Below are positions 49,301 through 62,932 of a DNA stretch of 64,000 bases, one piece after another (the first letter of the stretch is position 1; every line of letters starts with the position of its first letter). A program made the translations under genes and the position numbers. Where the stretch lies: positions 9,734,001 to 9,798,000 of the forward strand of contig JBHGNT010000008.1 in NCBI GenBank assembly GCA_043228905.1, given 5' to 3'. The notes under the pieces are model-generated. The model saw only the letters and a list, made by a program, of their open reading frames with translations, was not told the origin of the DNA and searched no databases. Source of the stretch: Azolla caroliniana. Taxonomy: Eukaryota; Plantae; Polypodiophyta.

Positions 49301-52300
49301 AATTGTGGAGCCCATGGTTATATTCACTATCCCTCATATTCCATGGAACTTTAAGCCAATACCCATGCCTAGGGCTAGAATCCCTCAACTATTAGAACTT
49401 TTGAAAGAAAAGATAAGGATGGGTATCTTGGAACCATTGAACGCTCCTTACTCGAGGCAATGGTTCACTGTGTTAAAGAAAGATGGGCGACTCCGATTTA
49501 TCCAAGATATGCAACCCGTGAATAGGGTAACAATCCGAAACTCGGGAGTAGGGCCAATTGTGGATGAGTTTGCTGAGATGTTTGCAGGAAGAGCTATATA
49601 TTCAATGGGAGACCTTTATTCCGGGTATGATCAATTTCAACTTTCTCTCAAAAGTCGAGATATAACTTCTATCAAGACACCTATAGGGTTAGTACGGATG
49701 TGCACCTTGCCGCAAGGAGCGACCAACTCAGTGGCGCATATGATGAATGGAATGAACAAGGTACTTCGTGATTTTATTCCTCATATTACAATACCTTTTC
49801 TAGATGATGTTCCAATTAAGGGATGCAAGGAGGAAGAGAAGAACGAGGAATTGGATGAAAGTGGTTGCCGTCAATTTGTTGTTGATCATATCAAGGATTG
49901 TGAGAAGGTGTTATCAAGGATGGAAGAAGTGCATTTGACCTTATCAGGGGTGAAGTCAATATTTGGGGAAAAAGAGATATTAATAGTTGGTCATATGTGT
50001 GGCCCATACGGGAGAAAGCCATCCCCAACCAAGGTCAATGCAATTCAAAATATGCAAGAGGAATGTACATCCGTCTCAGAAGTACGAAGGTTTCTGGGGG
50101 TATGTGTTTTTTACTGTAAATGGATTCCGCATTAGGCCCATTTATCTGAACCTTTATATAGAATCCTAAGAAAAGGAGAGATATTTGAATGGAGTAAAGA
50201 GCATTCAGAGGCAATGAAGAAATTGAAGTACTACTTAGCACAAGCTCCACCATTAAAGCAACCTGACTACACCCAACCCATATATCTCACAGTAGACTCT
50301 AGTCCCATTGGAATTGGATGGGTGATAAGCCAACAAGATGGGGAAGAAAGGTATCCAGTCCGATTCGGAGCAAAGGTTCTTAGTGGTCGACAAAGAAAAT
50401 ATGCACAAGTGAAAAGAGAGCTATGGGGGATAGTAACAGCTGTAAAGACAGACAGAGATTACTTAATTGGTGCTGAAGTAATAATAGAAACAGATTGTTT
50501 GCCTATTCTTGGTATCATAGCTAATTGTGATATTCCAGATCAAGCCATGTTAAGATGGTGTATCTATATTAGATCAATCAACCCTGAAGTTCGACATATC
50601 TTTGGGAATAGAAATGCAGTAGCAAATATGTTATCAAGAGCAAGGTATGAGGAAGAGGAGATTCCAGACTCGGACGATGAGGACAAAGAACAAACAGTCC
50701 TTACCACAAGCATTACCCGGGAAGGAGGAATGCAGTTTCTAGAAGAGGAGTATGAAGAAGAATTCAAGGAAATTGGGAAATACCTACAAACCCCTGACAT
50801 GTACAAAGGTCGATCTGGAAAAGAGTTCGCACAGTTTTGCAATAAAGCCCATAAGTTCTTCCTGCATGAAGGATATCTATGGCGACATCCGAAAACCAAG
50901 ATTGGAAACCCGCAAAGAGTAATAGGTTCTGAAGGGCAAAGAAAGGAGATAATCAGAGAGCTGCATGACAAAGAATGGGCTGGTCATTGAGGGGTTTGGG
51001 CCACTTTCAGTAAGATTAAAGAATGATTTTGGTGGCCTCAATACTATGAGCAAATAAAAAACTATGTGGAAACTTGTCCCACTTGTCAATATTATTCAAA
51101 CGTAAAATTTTGTGATGAATTACACCCAACATATTCACTGGGGGTGCATTACAAGTGGATGATAGATTTGGTAACAATGCCACTTGGAGTAGGACAAAAG
51201 AGATACTTGGTTCTTGCTAGAGAAGATCTAACAAATCAAGTGGAAGGTCGTTCATTGCGAACAAAAGGGACATTAGGAGTATGTCAATTCATTTTGGAGG
51301 ACATTGTTTGTAGATATGGATGTATCGGGAAGATAGTGGCAGATAGGGGAGAACTCAATTCTGCGGAAGCTGAAGATTTTTTCGACAAAATAGGAATTCG
51401 GCTTTCTTTGACAACGGCGTACAATCCAGAAGCTAATGGAAAGGTAGAAAGGGGACATGGGCCAATAGTCAAAGCTTTGGCAAAGGCATGTAGAGGACGG
51501 GTTAGTGATTGGCCAAAAACCTTACCCTATGCACTATGGGCTGATAGGACAACTCACAACACTGTTACTGGATATATGCCTGCAGAATTAATCACAGGAC
51601 AGAAGCCAATAATGCCAATTGAAGAAAAGATAACTACATGGGCTGTGTTGCCTTGGGAATCGGAAATGAGTAGGGAAGATTTACTTGCGGTTCGAATACG
51701 ACAACTTCAATCAAGGATAGAAGACATAGAAAAAGTAACTACTAGATTGAAAGAGGCAGGAATCAAGAATAAGGACAGATTTGACAAGATGAAAAGAATA
51801 CGACCAAAGAAAAGTGCAAGAAGGAGATTGGGTATTAGTATATGATAGTAGTTTAGATAATCAATATAGTACTATTCGGAAGTTTTCAAAAAGATGGTTT
51901 GGACCTTATGAAGTTAGGAAAATAACAGATAAAGCCACATATTTCCTCAATGAATTAGATGGGACAAAAATTCGTATCCCAATTGCAGGAAAAAGGATTA
52001 AAATATTTAAAAGGAGGGAGTCATTAGAGCCCGAATTTTATGAAGAAGTAGAAGAACTAAAAGAATCGGAAGAAGTGTTGAATGAACTCTGCACAACCAA
52101 TGTGCAAGTTCAGAGGGGGTGGGTGTCGTGAAGAATGTGCTTCACGATATAAAAATGAGCTTAAATGTTGTATTTAATAATATTTGAGAGACTTGAACCC
52201 ACATCCTTATATACGATATACAATGTACATACCACTAGGCTAGGCTATTTATTTGTAAAAGTGTGTAATAAATGTGCTTCATGATATAAGAATGAAGCTA

Positions 52301-52889
52301 TATATTGTATTAAGTAAAATTGAGGGACTTGAACCCTCAACCTTGTATACCAAGCACCAAGCATACACAACTAAGCTAGGTTAGTGATTTTAGAATGCAT
52401 TTTCATCATTATATTTATCCCATATCTATTTTCATACATAGCCATCATTCATCACATGCAATGCATGTGTGCCAAATGGCGATCATGCATTACATGTAAC
52501 TCATGCATTGCATGCATGCCATGCTCCCATACATTACCATATGCATGGCAACACTTATATAAAGAGGGGCAAGGAAAACAAGAAGGGAAGGAATCAAGAG
52601 AGAGTGAGAAAATAATACAACCAATTGAAGAAGACTAGCTCATTGGGTGGACAACCTCTCGTTTCAAAGTTGAGGTCGAGGGTTCAAATCAAGGGTCGGT
52701 ATTGAAAAGATTCATCTTGCGATCAAGGATTGTAAAGTTGGTAAAATATTATATTTTTAATATACATCATGTTTATATCATATACTCTTGTTCTTTGAAT
52801 CTTACTTTGTCTCAATCTTCTTTCTAGAATCATACTTTGTCTCAATCTTCTTTCTTGAATCATACATTGTCTCTATCTTTTATCTATGC

Positions 52890-52943
<54 letters not shown>

Positions 52944-53079
52944 TTACTTGTAACTCTTCGTCTTACTATCCTTAACCATTCTATCATCACCATACAAGCC
53001 TTATTAAACTTAAGTTTCTTCAACTCCCCTTAACCTTAGTCCCCGCGACTTCGCCGCACGAACCACAACTACCCCGACA
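45563..53079 (+). mobile_element. Element A': second full-length copy of family A
   Basis: LTRs 45563-46521 and 52124-53079. 4-bp TSD GCGC/GCAC. tRNA-Trp PBS and PPT AGAGGGGGTGGG. Confidence 0.95.
46561..52131 (+). pseudogene. A' gag-PR and pol, with multiple nonsense mutations
   Basis: Collinear with A 5368-10986; FLDD is intact. Confidence 0.92.
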
Positions 53080-54370
53080 GCACAAGCCCAAGAGCTTGCC
53101 GAATTAAGGGACGAGTTTTGCCGAAGAAAGAGGCAGAAGAGGAATTAAGGAAGACTGTTGAAAACCTCTGCCGGGCAGAAGAAAATCTGCGGAAAGGGCA
53201 TCAAGCTTACGACCGACTAAAGGAGGAAAAAGAAAAATTGATGCAGGAGAAGGACAAGCTGTGACGGATGGCGAAAACGGAAATCGAAAGGCTGAAAGAA
53301 GAACTCCGTCAACAAAAGGACCGGGAAGACCGCGCTTGCCGGCAAATCAACCAGAGGCTGAAGCAGAAGACAGAGGACTTCGACCACCTGTAGCGGAACT
53401 TTAAGAGCTTGGACACGGAGTATAAGCAACAACAGGAAAGGATGGACGAGCTCCGGCAGGAAGTTGATAGGGCCACAATGGCACTTGCCGACGAACGGGC
53501 TGAGAATACAAAGCTATTGGAGGAAGCGGTGAGGGACTGGATGGAGCTCCACAAGCAGCACAATGAAAAAAAGGAAAGGGCGACAATGGTGTTACAGAGG
53601 TTGCAAACAACCTATCAGAGTCAATTGTCGCATTATAGGGAGCAGGAGGCGGACACGGTCAGAATCATCAAGCAATTGAAAGAGGAGCGACAAGCCGCGG
53701 AGAACAAATCACAAATGGGAATGGAACGGATCCAGTGCATCCTCTGGTCATGGCTAAACAAGACCAAATGCTTGATTGACGAGAGCTCTATGCGATGGTG
53801 GACGAAATGGGCGCAGAATATGGCTGAACTCCAATTGCTTAGGGCGGTCGCCGAAAACCGGCGGAAGGAAGGTGACGATTGTTACAGGCTCACATCGGAG
53901 GACTTCACCACCATAAAGGATGAGCTGGCAGAAGATTTCACAGCTCTGGCGGATGAGCAATTGGTGCAGGTCCGACAACTCATAGCTAAACTGGACAACG
54001 ATTGTATGGATGCTTAAATCCAGTTTGAGAGCTATGAGCAGTCCCGGCTTAGGGAAGAAAAAGCAAGGTAGGCGGCAACAGTCAACCTCAGTGATGAGAA
54101 ACCGTCGTCGGTACAAGGACCATACGGAGACCAGGCCGTGGTAAGTCAACCAGAGACAACTCTGACGGAGGAAACAACGAAGGAAACACCGGTGCCAGAT
54201 CAACCATCGGAGCCGCAGCTAGAGTCGGAGCCACAAACGGAGAAGCAACCCCAACCACAATCGGAGCAACCGCATCAGCAGCAACAACAGCCACAACAGA
54301 TTCTCATAGAACCATTGGAGACCCTGGAGCAAAGCATCCTGGATATCTTGAACAAAGAATAAGGGGCCGG

Positions 54371-54412
54371 TGTGGGATTCGATGTACAAGGTACTGTCCC
54401 ACGGGCGTGCCA
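54371..54412 (+). ncRNA. tRNA-Arg 3'-half-like element at the PPT position of E
   Basis: TGTGGGATTCGATGTACAAGGTACTGTCCCACGGGCGTGCCA-TG-[LTR]. Function is inferred. Confidence 0.6.
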
Positions 54413-54414
54413 TG

Positions 54415-54859
54415 TGTTTCCCGGCCGGCAAAGACCAGGGTGTGGAAAGGTGAATTGTTATTTAGGTATCTGTTGAAATTACTAGTCTTAATATATAGAT
54501 TAATATATGAGAAGATGTGGACGAACGGACCGGAATTGGTATGCCCATCCGGATCCAGACCGATCCCGAAAAGGTGCCAGTTGGCACCGTTTTGTACTTC
54601 GCACCGGTGACCTATATAAAGGCCGATTATAATGTAGTCATTAACGGAGAGTAATATAAAACTTTTGTTTAATCATTGAGTATTGTTCATCGTTCTGTGC
54701 TTATTGTATATCTTACGCGTGTTAATGATGTATGGCTAAGTAACCAATTAAGGTCCAATTAAGCGTTGTGTCATAAGTTACCTCGCCGTAACACCCTTTA
54801 GTGAAGTGTCTTAAGTGAACACCATGTGTTAGGCTGTTGTCCGGCCCTAAGGATTAACA
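54415..54859 (+). repeat. Element E 3' LTR
   Basis: TGTT...AACA ends and a TATA box; D pol resumes at 54860. The left boundary is inferred from a single copy. Confidence 0.75.
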
Positions 54860-57800
54860 GATTGAAAAGGGTGGCATCAGGTAATTCATCGTACGTGGAC
54901 ACGGCTGGTTCGCCTGACTCGAGGCGGCTTAGGTAGTTAGCTACGGTGTGTTGGACGCCGGGCCGGTGCTGGATCTAAAAATCAAACTCGTATAGCAGGA
55001 GCATCCATCGGGCTAGGCGACCTGTGAGGGACTGCTTATTAACCAAGTAGAGGAGGGTCGAGTGGTCGACGTGGAATGTGAAGTTCCTGACCAAGAGATA
55101 ATGCCGGAATTTGTTGTTGTTGTAAACCATATCGAGGGCCTCGCATTAAGTGGTTGAGTAGTTCTTCTCCGCGGCTAAGAGTCGTCGACTAGTGTAATAC
55201 ACTGGCCGGTACCAATTTGGTGGTGTGCGCTGCATGAGCGCGCTGCCAATGGCTATATCTGATGCGTCTACGAAGATGTGAAAAGGTTCCCACTAGACCG
55301 GTGCCTGTACCACCGGGGCATGGGAGAGCATTAACTTCAAGGCTTGGTACGCCTTGTCTTCTGTTGAAGACCACTAAAATGGAAGTCTGTGCATTGCCGC
55401 GTGTAAAGGAGTCGCGAAATTGGCCAGGTGTCGCAACATCCGGGTATGCCATCTAATTTGGCCCAAGAATTTGTTGAGAGCCTTCACGGTAGAGGGCGCG
55501 AGGGCATTCAGAATGTCCTGCACTTTATCCGGGTCCATTGGGATACCTTCCTAGCTGACTATGTGCCCGAGCAGGTTTCCGCTTGTCACCAAGAACGTGC
55601 ATTTTTCCGGATTTAAGCTCAAGCGAGCGTGTCGGCCTCATTCGAGAATAGAGTCGTAGCTGGGTCATATGCTCCAGCCGCTGGCCATACATGGCAAAGT
55701 CGTCGAGGAACACTTGCATGAACGTCGGGATGTACTCGTTGAAAATATCTGAGATGATGCATTGGAATGTGGCCGGTGCCATCATTACCTTGGCCACAAA
55801 GACACCCCAGTCCGTGACAAACGTTGTTTTCTCTTGATCGTCTAGGTGCATTTTGATTTGATTATAGCCACTAAACCCATCGAGGAAACTGTAGCATTCA
55901 TGACCAGCCACCATGTCGAAGACACTATCAGTGAACGGAAGAGGGAACCCATCCGTGACTGTCGCAGCATTGAGTTTATGGTAATCAACGCAAACGCGGA
56001 TTTTCCTGTTTTTCTTGGGGAGCACGACGGTTGGGCTTAACCATGTGGCTCTTTTTATTGGGCGTATAAAGCCTACTCCAAGGAGTTTGTCAATTTCCTC
56101 TTTGACCTTAGCCGCGTATTTGGGGTTCATACGGTACTGTCGTTGTTGGGTCGGCCGAGTGTCCGATAGGAGGTGTACTTGGTGTTGGTAAAATTAGGGA
56201 TCCAATCCCTTCATATCCGTGTAAGACCAGGCGAATACATCCTGATACTCTGTGAGCAGGTGTATAAGGGCTGACCATTCGTCGGCTGGTAAGTTATTAG
56301 CGATTTGAATTGTCCGCAGGTTCTCATTTGAGCCGAGGTTCAATGACTCAAGCGTTGATGCTTTTACCCGCTCGGAAATGGCAAGTTCTCGTTCGAACGT
56401 GTCCCGCGCTTGTCGTAGTTCCACGATAGTGGTGGGATCAGCGTCATCCTGGGGAAGGGAATACATCGTGCCATCCTCGTCCAGTGGTGTGCCAACACCC
56501 AAAATGGCGTTTATTTCGAAGAGGGGTACGATAGTGGTGTGATCTTCTAGGAAGTCATCCACTTCTTCGTCGGCTAAGCCATCGAGCATGTGTACCCCTT
56601 CCGCGTATAAGGGCGTAGTTTTGTGAGGCATGGTTAGGCGCTCTTCAATTATTACCCATACCTTGGACTTCCCCCAACGGAAGGAGATCATATTCCGTTG
56701 CCAATGTTGTTTAACATTTGTTGTGTGTAGCCAAGGTCGGCCAAGCAGCATTGGGTAAGCGCCCGGAGCTTTGAGGCGTAACACGACTGCCGAGATAGTG
56801 AACAGGTGGCCGACTAACGTGAAATCAAGGTGGCGTATTAACCCGATGGGGCGAACCGATTGTGTATCGGCCATCCTCAGCCAAAAGGGGCAAGGCTCCC
56901 ATTTGTTTATGCCGAGGGTGTGACATGTGGCCTCGCTAATGACATTCACACTGGAGCCACCGTCGATTATGCACCCACCAAGGTCGCGTCCTTTAATCCT
57001 GATTTTCATGGCTGGATTCTAGGAATCCATGAGAGGTGGGCCCGTCCTTGGCTTTGTCAGGTTAACAGGGGGTGCCACCGATTTGTCGTTAGCGGTGAGC
57101 TTAGCCAAGGTATCCCGAAAGCGCGGCATGAGCGGTAAAAACTTATGTAATGGCAGTGAGATCCTAGCGCTTGTAAGGGCTTCCCATAGATGGTCATCTT
57201 CTGCCGTGGTGGATGGTTCTGCAGTTGGTGGTGCGTCGATGGTCACGTCCTGCATCTCTGTGTGCATCCGTGCCACGTTCTGTTTATTGGCGATCTCAAT
57301 CCATTCCTTGGCTGTTTGTCGGACGTCATCTTGTTCTTGCCATTTGCTGGCGTGGGTCTTGCTATGTGTAGTGACGTGTTGGATGTTGGCCATAATAGTA
57401 TTCATAGTCGAGGCCTTGCCGCGGTCTGTGGTTGGGCATTGGGTAGTGTAGTGGCCGGGTTGGTTACACTTAAAGCAGATAATGGATGCCGAGTTGCTGG
57501 TGTCACCATGCTCAGTCTGTGGGAAGGGTTGTGATTGGTTCCAAGCCGCTTGGGTAAGCATGTTGGCCCGTGGCGCGGTGTGCGGTGTGTGGGGCGTTTG
57601 GAGGGGGGTCCCGACGACGATTGTCGTTCTAACATCGATTTTTCCGTGGCCCTCTATAAGAGTTTCGACGATCATTTCGTGCATACCGTTGATCGTACCA
57701 GTCCTTCCGGTCTTCGGCATACCGATCATACTCATCGTTTGCTCTATATTGGTTGTCGTGGTACTGGTCACAGTCATCCGATCTCCTGCGATTGTCATGG

Positions 57801-58650
57801 CGGTACCAGTCGTCGTGGTGACAGTAGTCGTCGTCGCGGCAGTAGTCATCGTCACGGCGCTGGCGATCCGGGGATAGTGGTTGCTCGTTTGCCCGATGTC
57901 CGTATGACCGACATTCATCCTTCCGGGAGTACGTATTGCGCAACTCGATATGGCGAACCGGAGCCATCATTGTGCGGTTGAGCATGTTGTACTCACATTG
58001 TGCGATCGTGTGAGCTCGGGACTGACATATGGGGCAGTGTGGCTGGTGAGGGCATTCAAGAGCCAGATGGCCTGAGCCTGAGCAGGCCATGCATTGAAGG
58101 GGTTGTTGGAAACGATTGTCCTCCTGAGGAAGGTAGTTTTGCAAAGAGCCCGTGGAGAAAACCGTGGTATGTTGTGTCTGATCAATTGCAAGGACGCGCG
58201 CGATGACTTGCTCGATAGTCTGGATGGAGAAATATGTAAGTGCGAGAGTTGTTCGTAGAGGCTCTCGTAGGCTGGACAGGAAGGTATCCAGAATGTGATG
58301 AGCAGAGACATTGTCGGCCAGTTGTTGGTAGAGATCTTGAAACCGGATCGTGAACTGGGCGACCGTCTCGTGAGGTTCTTGGCTCATGGAAAAGAATTGC
58401 CGGAGTAGTTCCCACTTTGGAACTTGGTGGTGAAATAATTGTAGGAACTTTGTCCGGACGTCCTGGAACGTTGTGACCTCTCCCATGTCGAGCTGGGAGT
58501 ACCATCGAGCAGCCAGGCCATAGAGGGATAAAGCAAATTCCAAGAGTTTGGAGGCCTCGATTTCGGCAGCCGATAACCGCTGCGTCGAGTGGTTGGCCTG
58601 CCATGTGGACATGAACACCCGGGTGTGTGATTCCGCGTCGGGGCAGTCGG
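54860..58650 (-). pseudogene. Element D gag, PR, RT and RNase H
   Basis: AARWY, three zinc knuckles (CMACSGSGHLALEC, CPICQSRAHTIAQC, CFKCNQPGHYTTQC), IIDGGS, CVDY, FLDGFSGYNQI, FLDD and FVDAS. Confidence 0.92.
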
Positions 58651-58980
58651 TATACTATGGGTAAGGGTAAGGCATGGTATCGAGATCCGGATCCTCGGGT
58701 AAAGCCGAAAAAGGCTTAGGGTCGGGTTGGGTGACCTCTGGAGGGCTCGGCGGGGAGGTTGGTGCGGAATCAACTCACAAATGGGTATCGAGTGGCGAGG
58801 ATTGCAACCGGTGAGCCTCCGATAGTTCCTGGAACGATTGGTCCGTAACCGCCGAGTCGGAAGTTCCTTCGACTGGCTCAGGGCGTAGGGCAGGTGGCCG
58901 AGACCGCAGGATGCGATTGGGTGCTGTAATGGCGGCTGGAGTTTGCTTCCAACGTAGTTCGCTGTGACCTTACAACTGTA

Positions 58981-58993
58981 ACCGGGCGTGCCA
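58981..58993 (-). promoter_or_regulatory. Element D primer binding site (tRNA-Arg type)
   Basis: TGGCACGCCCGGT, 5 nt after the 5' LTR on the minus strand. Confidence 0.8.
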
Positions 58994-59413
58994 AATTGTG
59001 TTAACCGTTTCTGGGAAAACACCTTCGATGAGCCCATAGGCTATCGGTGTCAAGGGATCGTGTTATGTGTTGATTTACGAGTACGGGGAGAATACACAAA
59101 TAGAAGAATAAAAACAAAACTTATATTAAATGATGAAGCTCACATTGATTACAATACTCGGCCTCAGCCGGAAATAGTTCGTACAGAACTTGTTGTTGTG
59201 ATATTACTCTCGCTAAAAACGATCTAGATCAATCCCCCCTTGAGGTATGCATAACTCGGGTTATATAGTTTTCCTCTTGAGCCAAAGCCGAGCCATCGGC
59301 TGATTGTGAGGGCTAAAACACGACTATTTCTAGTCTTACCTATTTCCTCACCTAGTCTTCTACCTAACGGCGAGTTTACATAATATATTTATATTTCTGG
59401 CCTATGGACAACA

Positions 59414-60184
59414 ATTGCGACTGCTTAGTCTTGGGTGCTTCATTGGGTGTGTTATGGTCCTTTTCCGAAGTGTGTTGATACCAAAGAAATATTTCAACAT
59501 CCTCTTTGAAGGATTTTGGATCCTTATCGTGCACCATCCAATGATAGTCCGAATTAGGGATGTTATTGACAAAACAAGCTATCAATCAATTGTCCCCGTC
59601 TAGACCCGATTTTTGGATTTGGTTCTAGCATGGTGAACATAGTCTTCTAGTGAGGAAATCTTCCTGCTAGAGAGGTTCATTAAAGCTTGTGTTGCCTCGG
59701 TTCGAAAGGGGGATTGTAGAAATTGGCCCTTGAAAACTGTGACAAAATCTATCCAGGTATTGGGCAATTTCACCAAAGTTCGGAGCCCACACCACCAGGT
59801 GGCGGCCTTACCCCCTAGTTCTCGGCTGACATATGCAATCTTCGTACTATCTAGCGTGTGATAGAGCTCAAAATGAGACTCCCATCGGCCTAGCCACGTG
59901 CAGATTGCTTCTTCGGTTCTTTCATTTTTTTCTCCTGTAAATGACTTTACGACAAATGATGGTTCACCCTGACGCTCATCGGGTCTATTAGTGTCACATT
60001 GTAAACTAATGACATGTGCATTGAGAGCACTTTGAGATTGCTGAAGTTCGGACATCTGATGCGCGGTGGAACTAAGGAAATGTTGTATTTGTAAAAAGTA
60101 CGACTCAATGGACATTGGTCTAGGAGGATTTCCTTGAGTTCCTTTTGCTTGAGCGGATGACATCATGTCATTATTCTGAGCCAT
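59414..60184 (-). pseudogene. gag: B' gag
   Basis: MAQNNDMMSS...AATWW...; homologous to B 15316-16090. Confidence 0.88.
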
Positions 60185-61822
60185 TGAATGATTATTTTTG
60201 GCAAAGAAATAGGATAAGTTCAAACAAATAGTCATAACATCAAGTCGTGATGTAAACATATCATGGGCCAACATTAATCGATATCATGATCTCACGTCAA
60301 TACCCCTCTAGATGTATGAGCTGAGGTTCAAGATCAGGTTACTATGGTAACACAAAGGTGTTTTAAAAACCACGGGGGTGACAAATGAATGTCTTTCCCT
60401 GATCTCTATATCGATTTTTTCATGGTGGCTCCCCGAGGCTCAACTATTTACGTTTGCGTCATGAATAGTATATACACGAAAAAAATGTTAACAATAAACT
60501 ATGTTTCTGTGCCCACGTATGTGGTTTTGGCTCTTTAAGTCTTATTACGAGGACCCTGAAGTGCACTTAGACCTAAAGTATAAACATGGATTATAGTCAT
60601 ATGTATCAACAGTGTTGTATGGTCTTGCTCATATTTGAACCTGAGACATTGAGAACAAAGGCATTGAGAACAAATTTTTTGTTGACATTGAGAACAAATA
60701 GGTTGCTCATGTTGAATGCGCTTTCTCTACGGGGGAAGAACCGCACTCGGCTCTGGTTCTATGTGTATAAGAGATATGCAAGGCATTTATCCATATATGC
60801 TTTTTTAAAAGAAACATATATGTCAAGAGTCCTTATTTCCCTCTCGTTTACCTCGAACTATGTTGGTACGTTACCTAACCTCAAGTCTCATAATTACAAT
60901 GGCATACACCAAAGTGCATCCTAATGGTCAATCCAAATGAGCCCTCTTTTCGTAATAGGCCCACGTGGCCTATCACATGGTTATGTCATTACGAATGCCT
61001 TTCGTAAGAATGATCTCATGGTGGCATCGTGTCCATGTAATGAGGGAGGGATGTTGGATGTGTGTGTCATAGGAGTGACCTCACATGAAGTGGGTCAACC
61101 CCTATGTTCTCAACATCAATGTGGCTATGAGAATTTCGTTAGATAACGAAATCGAAGTGACCAACGGGGATGTCAACAAAAAATTTGTTGAAAAAAGGAT
61201 GGCGACTACGCCATTTGATATAGAAATCACGTTAAAACTAACATACACATGTATATTTATCACATATATACGATCAAATACGTATACACGTGACCACATA
61301 TGCATATTAAAAAAAATCGTAACATCAAATAACCAACATATGATGAAATCGAGACACGTAATCGAGGCATATAGCTTCTACGCACACAAAACATCCAAAA
61401 ATAAGGGTTAGTCGTAATACGAAATAAGAAAGGTGAGAGAGAAAGAAGGGTGGTGATCCACCCAACCACCCCCGAGCGAAGGGATCGAGATGGACTCGAG
61501 CCTCGGTTAACGTCCCATACCACTTTCGTGGCATCGAGTCATACCTGGTGCTGGCGCGCTTGCTACAAGAGTTAACCCATCACAAGAACAAAGTCTCAAC
61601 ATAGTCAAGAGATGATGAAATGAGGGTAGCTAGGCCTCATATTTATAGCGAGACCGAAGGCTCCCAACCAAGTTCATACTTGTCCTAATGGGTTGTCTCA
61701 ATCTCGAGGATTAATACTCCTCCCCTTCTTTACACTCTTGTTTAACCCTCACACTTATCCACGTGTATAGAATACTACGGTAAATTCTCACCATGGGATA
61801 TTATATGGTCATGTCCGTAATA

Positions 61823-62932
61823 GATAGTTTACGATAGTAGTTTGGATCATCATCACAACTCGATACGAAAATTCGCTAAAAGGTGGTTCGGACCATATGA
61901 AGTTCGAAAGGTATTCGACAATGGAACATACCGATTATGTGAGTTGGATGGGACAATATTACGGGTACTTGTAACTGGGAAACGAGTGAAGATTTTCAAG
62001 AAGTGAGGTGACGCCGAACCCTATGTAACATTAGACAACACCGACACAAAGGAGCAATCGAACAAGAGTTACAGAGGTGTGGAAAGCGAAGAAAGTGGAT
62101 TAGAATTAATAATTGACATAGGGGAAGAGACTGAGGATACTACAGATGAGGAGAATAACAAGCATCGGCAACTTCGGCACATACCGGAGGATGTGCGGGT
62201 TTGGAGGGGCCGAGTGTCATAGTGTAGTTCGTACACTACGTGAAAAATGTATAAAATAACCGATTCAATAAATATGAAGAAAAAGAAGAAAATATTAAAA
62301 TATATATTACATGCCTAGGGTAAGATTTCAACCTTATATCTCCATGTTAATAATTTTAAGCCTTACAATTATACTAACACATCATGACTTAAAAAAGTTA
62401 CTTCACACATTTTTTCTAGGGAAAAAAACTTTAGTTAGAAGAAAAACGCGTGATAGGAAAAAGCTACATATGCACATCTAGCGTGCATGAACACTATAGT
62501 TAATTAAAAACACACGAGGTTAGAAAAAAACATAATCACTTTTAGAAGAAGCATGTTAGAGAAAGCATATAGTCTATAGAGAGAAAAGGCACGGATTGTT
62601 GAGACTCTCCCATTACTATATAAGGATGGGAGTAAGATGTAAGTGGGGGTGGAATATTTGGAAATTGAATATGATTCTAAATACCGATTAATAAACTATA
62701 CTCGTGGGACTCACGAGGTTTCTATATCCTTCTCGTTCAATCTAAATTCATATTCTTATCTAAATATTGATTAATAAAATACATTATACTTGTGGGATTC
62801 ACAAGTTTTTTATTTCTCTTTCTTATAATCTATTCATAACTAGACTCGTCTCAAATTCTTCCTCCTCCTAGTGGAAAACCCCAGTGGTTCCCACCCGACT
62901 TGCGCAATGATCCGGTGATGAAAGGGACGACA
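61823..62932 (+). mobile_element. Element F: 3' end (integrase tail, PPT, LTR 62215-62932) of a diverged relative of family A; host of B'
   Basis: IVYDSSLD...IRKFAKRWFGPYEVRK...ELDG...GKRVKIFKK is homologous to the A integrase tail. GGAGGGGCCGAG precedes TGTC...GACA. Confidence 0.8.

Larger units (their letters stand above)
45229..54017 (+). pseudogene. Element E extra 3' ORF (coiled coil), split by A' into 45229-45562 and 53080-54017
   Basis: E/K/Q-rich helical ORF pieces; LRAVAENRRKEG is shared with D. Confidence 0.65.
40541..54859 (+). mobile_element. Element E: 5'-truncated relative of D with a different LTR, inserted head-on in D pol; hosts A'
   Basis: Begins just before the Gag zinc knuckle (CYYCRQEGHYSNQC). 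3' LTR ~54415-54859 (TGTT...TAACA; TATATAAA at ~54613). Only GA of the expected GATTG TSD survives on the left. Confidence 0.88.
35409..59413 (-). mobile_element. Element D: non-chromovirus Ty3/gypsy (Selgy/Athila-like) with a long extra 3' ORF; hosts E and A'
   Basis: LTRs 35409-35900 and 58999-59413 (the latter has a ~77-bp deletion). TSD ATTGT/ATTGC. Pol rejoins across E as DELPDATLFN|LATVPDADEDEWI. Confidence 0.92.
26296..61822 (-). mobile_element. Element B': second, older copy of chromovirus family B, split into 59414-61822, 34149-35408 and 26296-27595
   Basis: The segments are collinear with B in reverse and rejoin across the TSDs of C (AAAGC) and D (ATTGT/ATTGC). The 5' LTR starts at 61822 (TATTACG; TGTTACG in B). 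The remainder should lie left of the window. Confidence 0.9.

Noticed and set aside
54350-54366. Purine-rich GAACAAAGAATAAGGGG as the PPT of E
   Set aside because: It is ~50 nt from the inferred LTR start and D has no counterpart. It cannot be fully excluded because E has only one LTR.
57029-57981. Long antisense ORFs opposite D gag, and similar ones opposite other pol regions
   Set aside because: These are shadow frames of GC-rich or repetitive coding sequence with no recognisable motifs.
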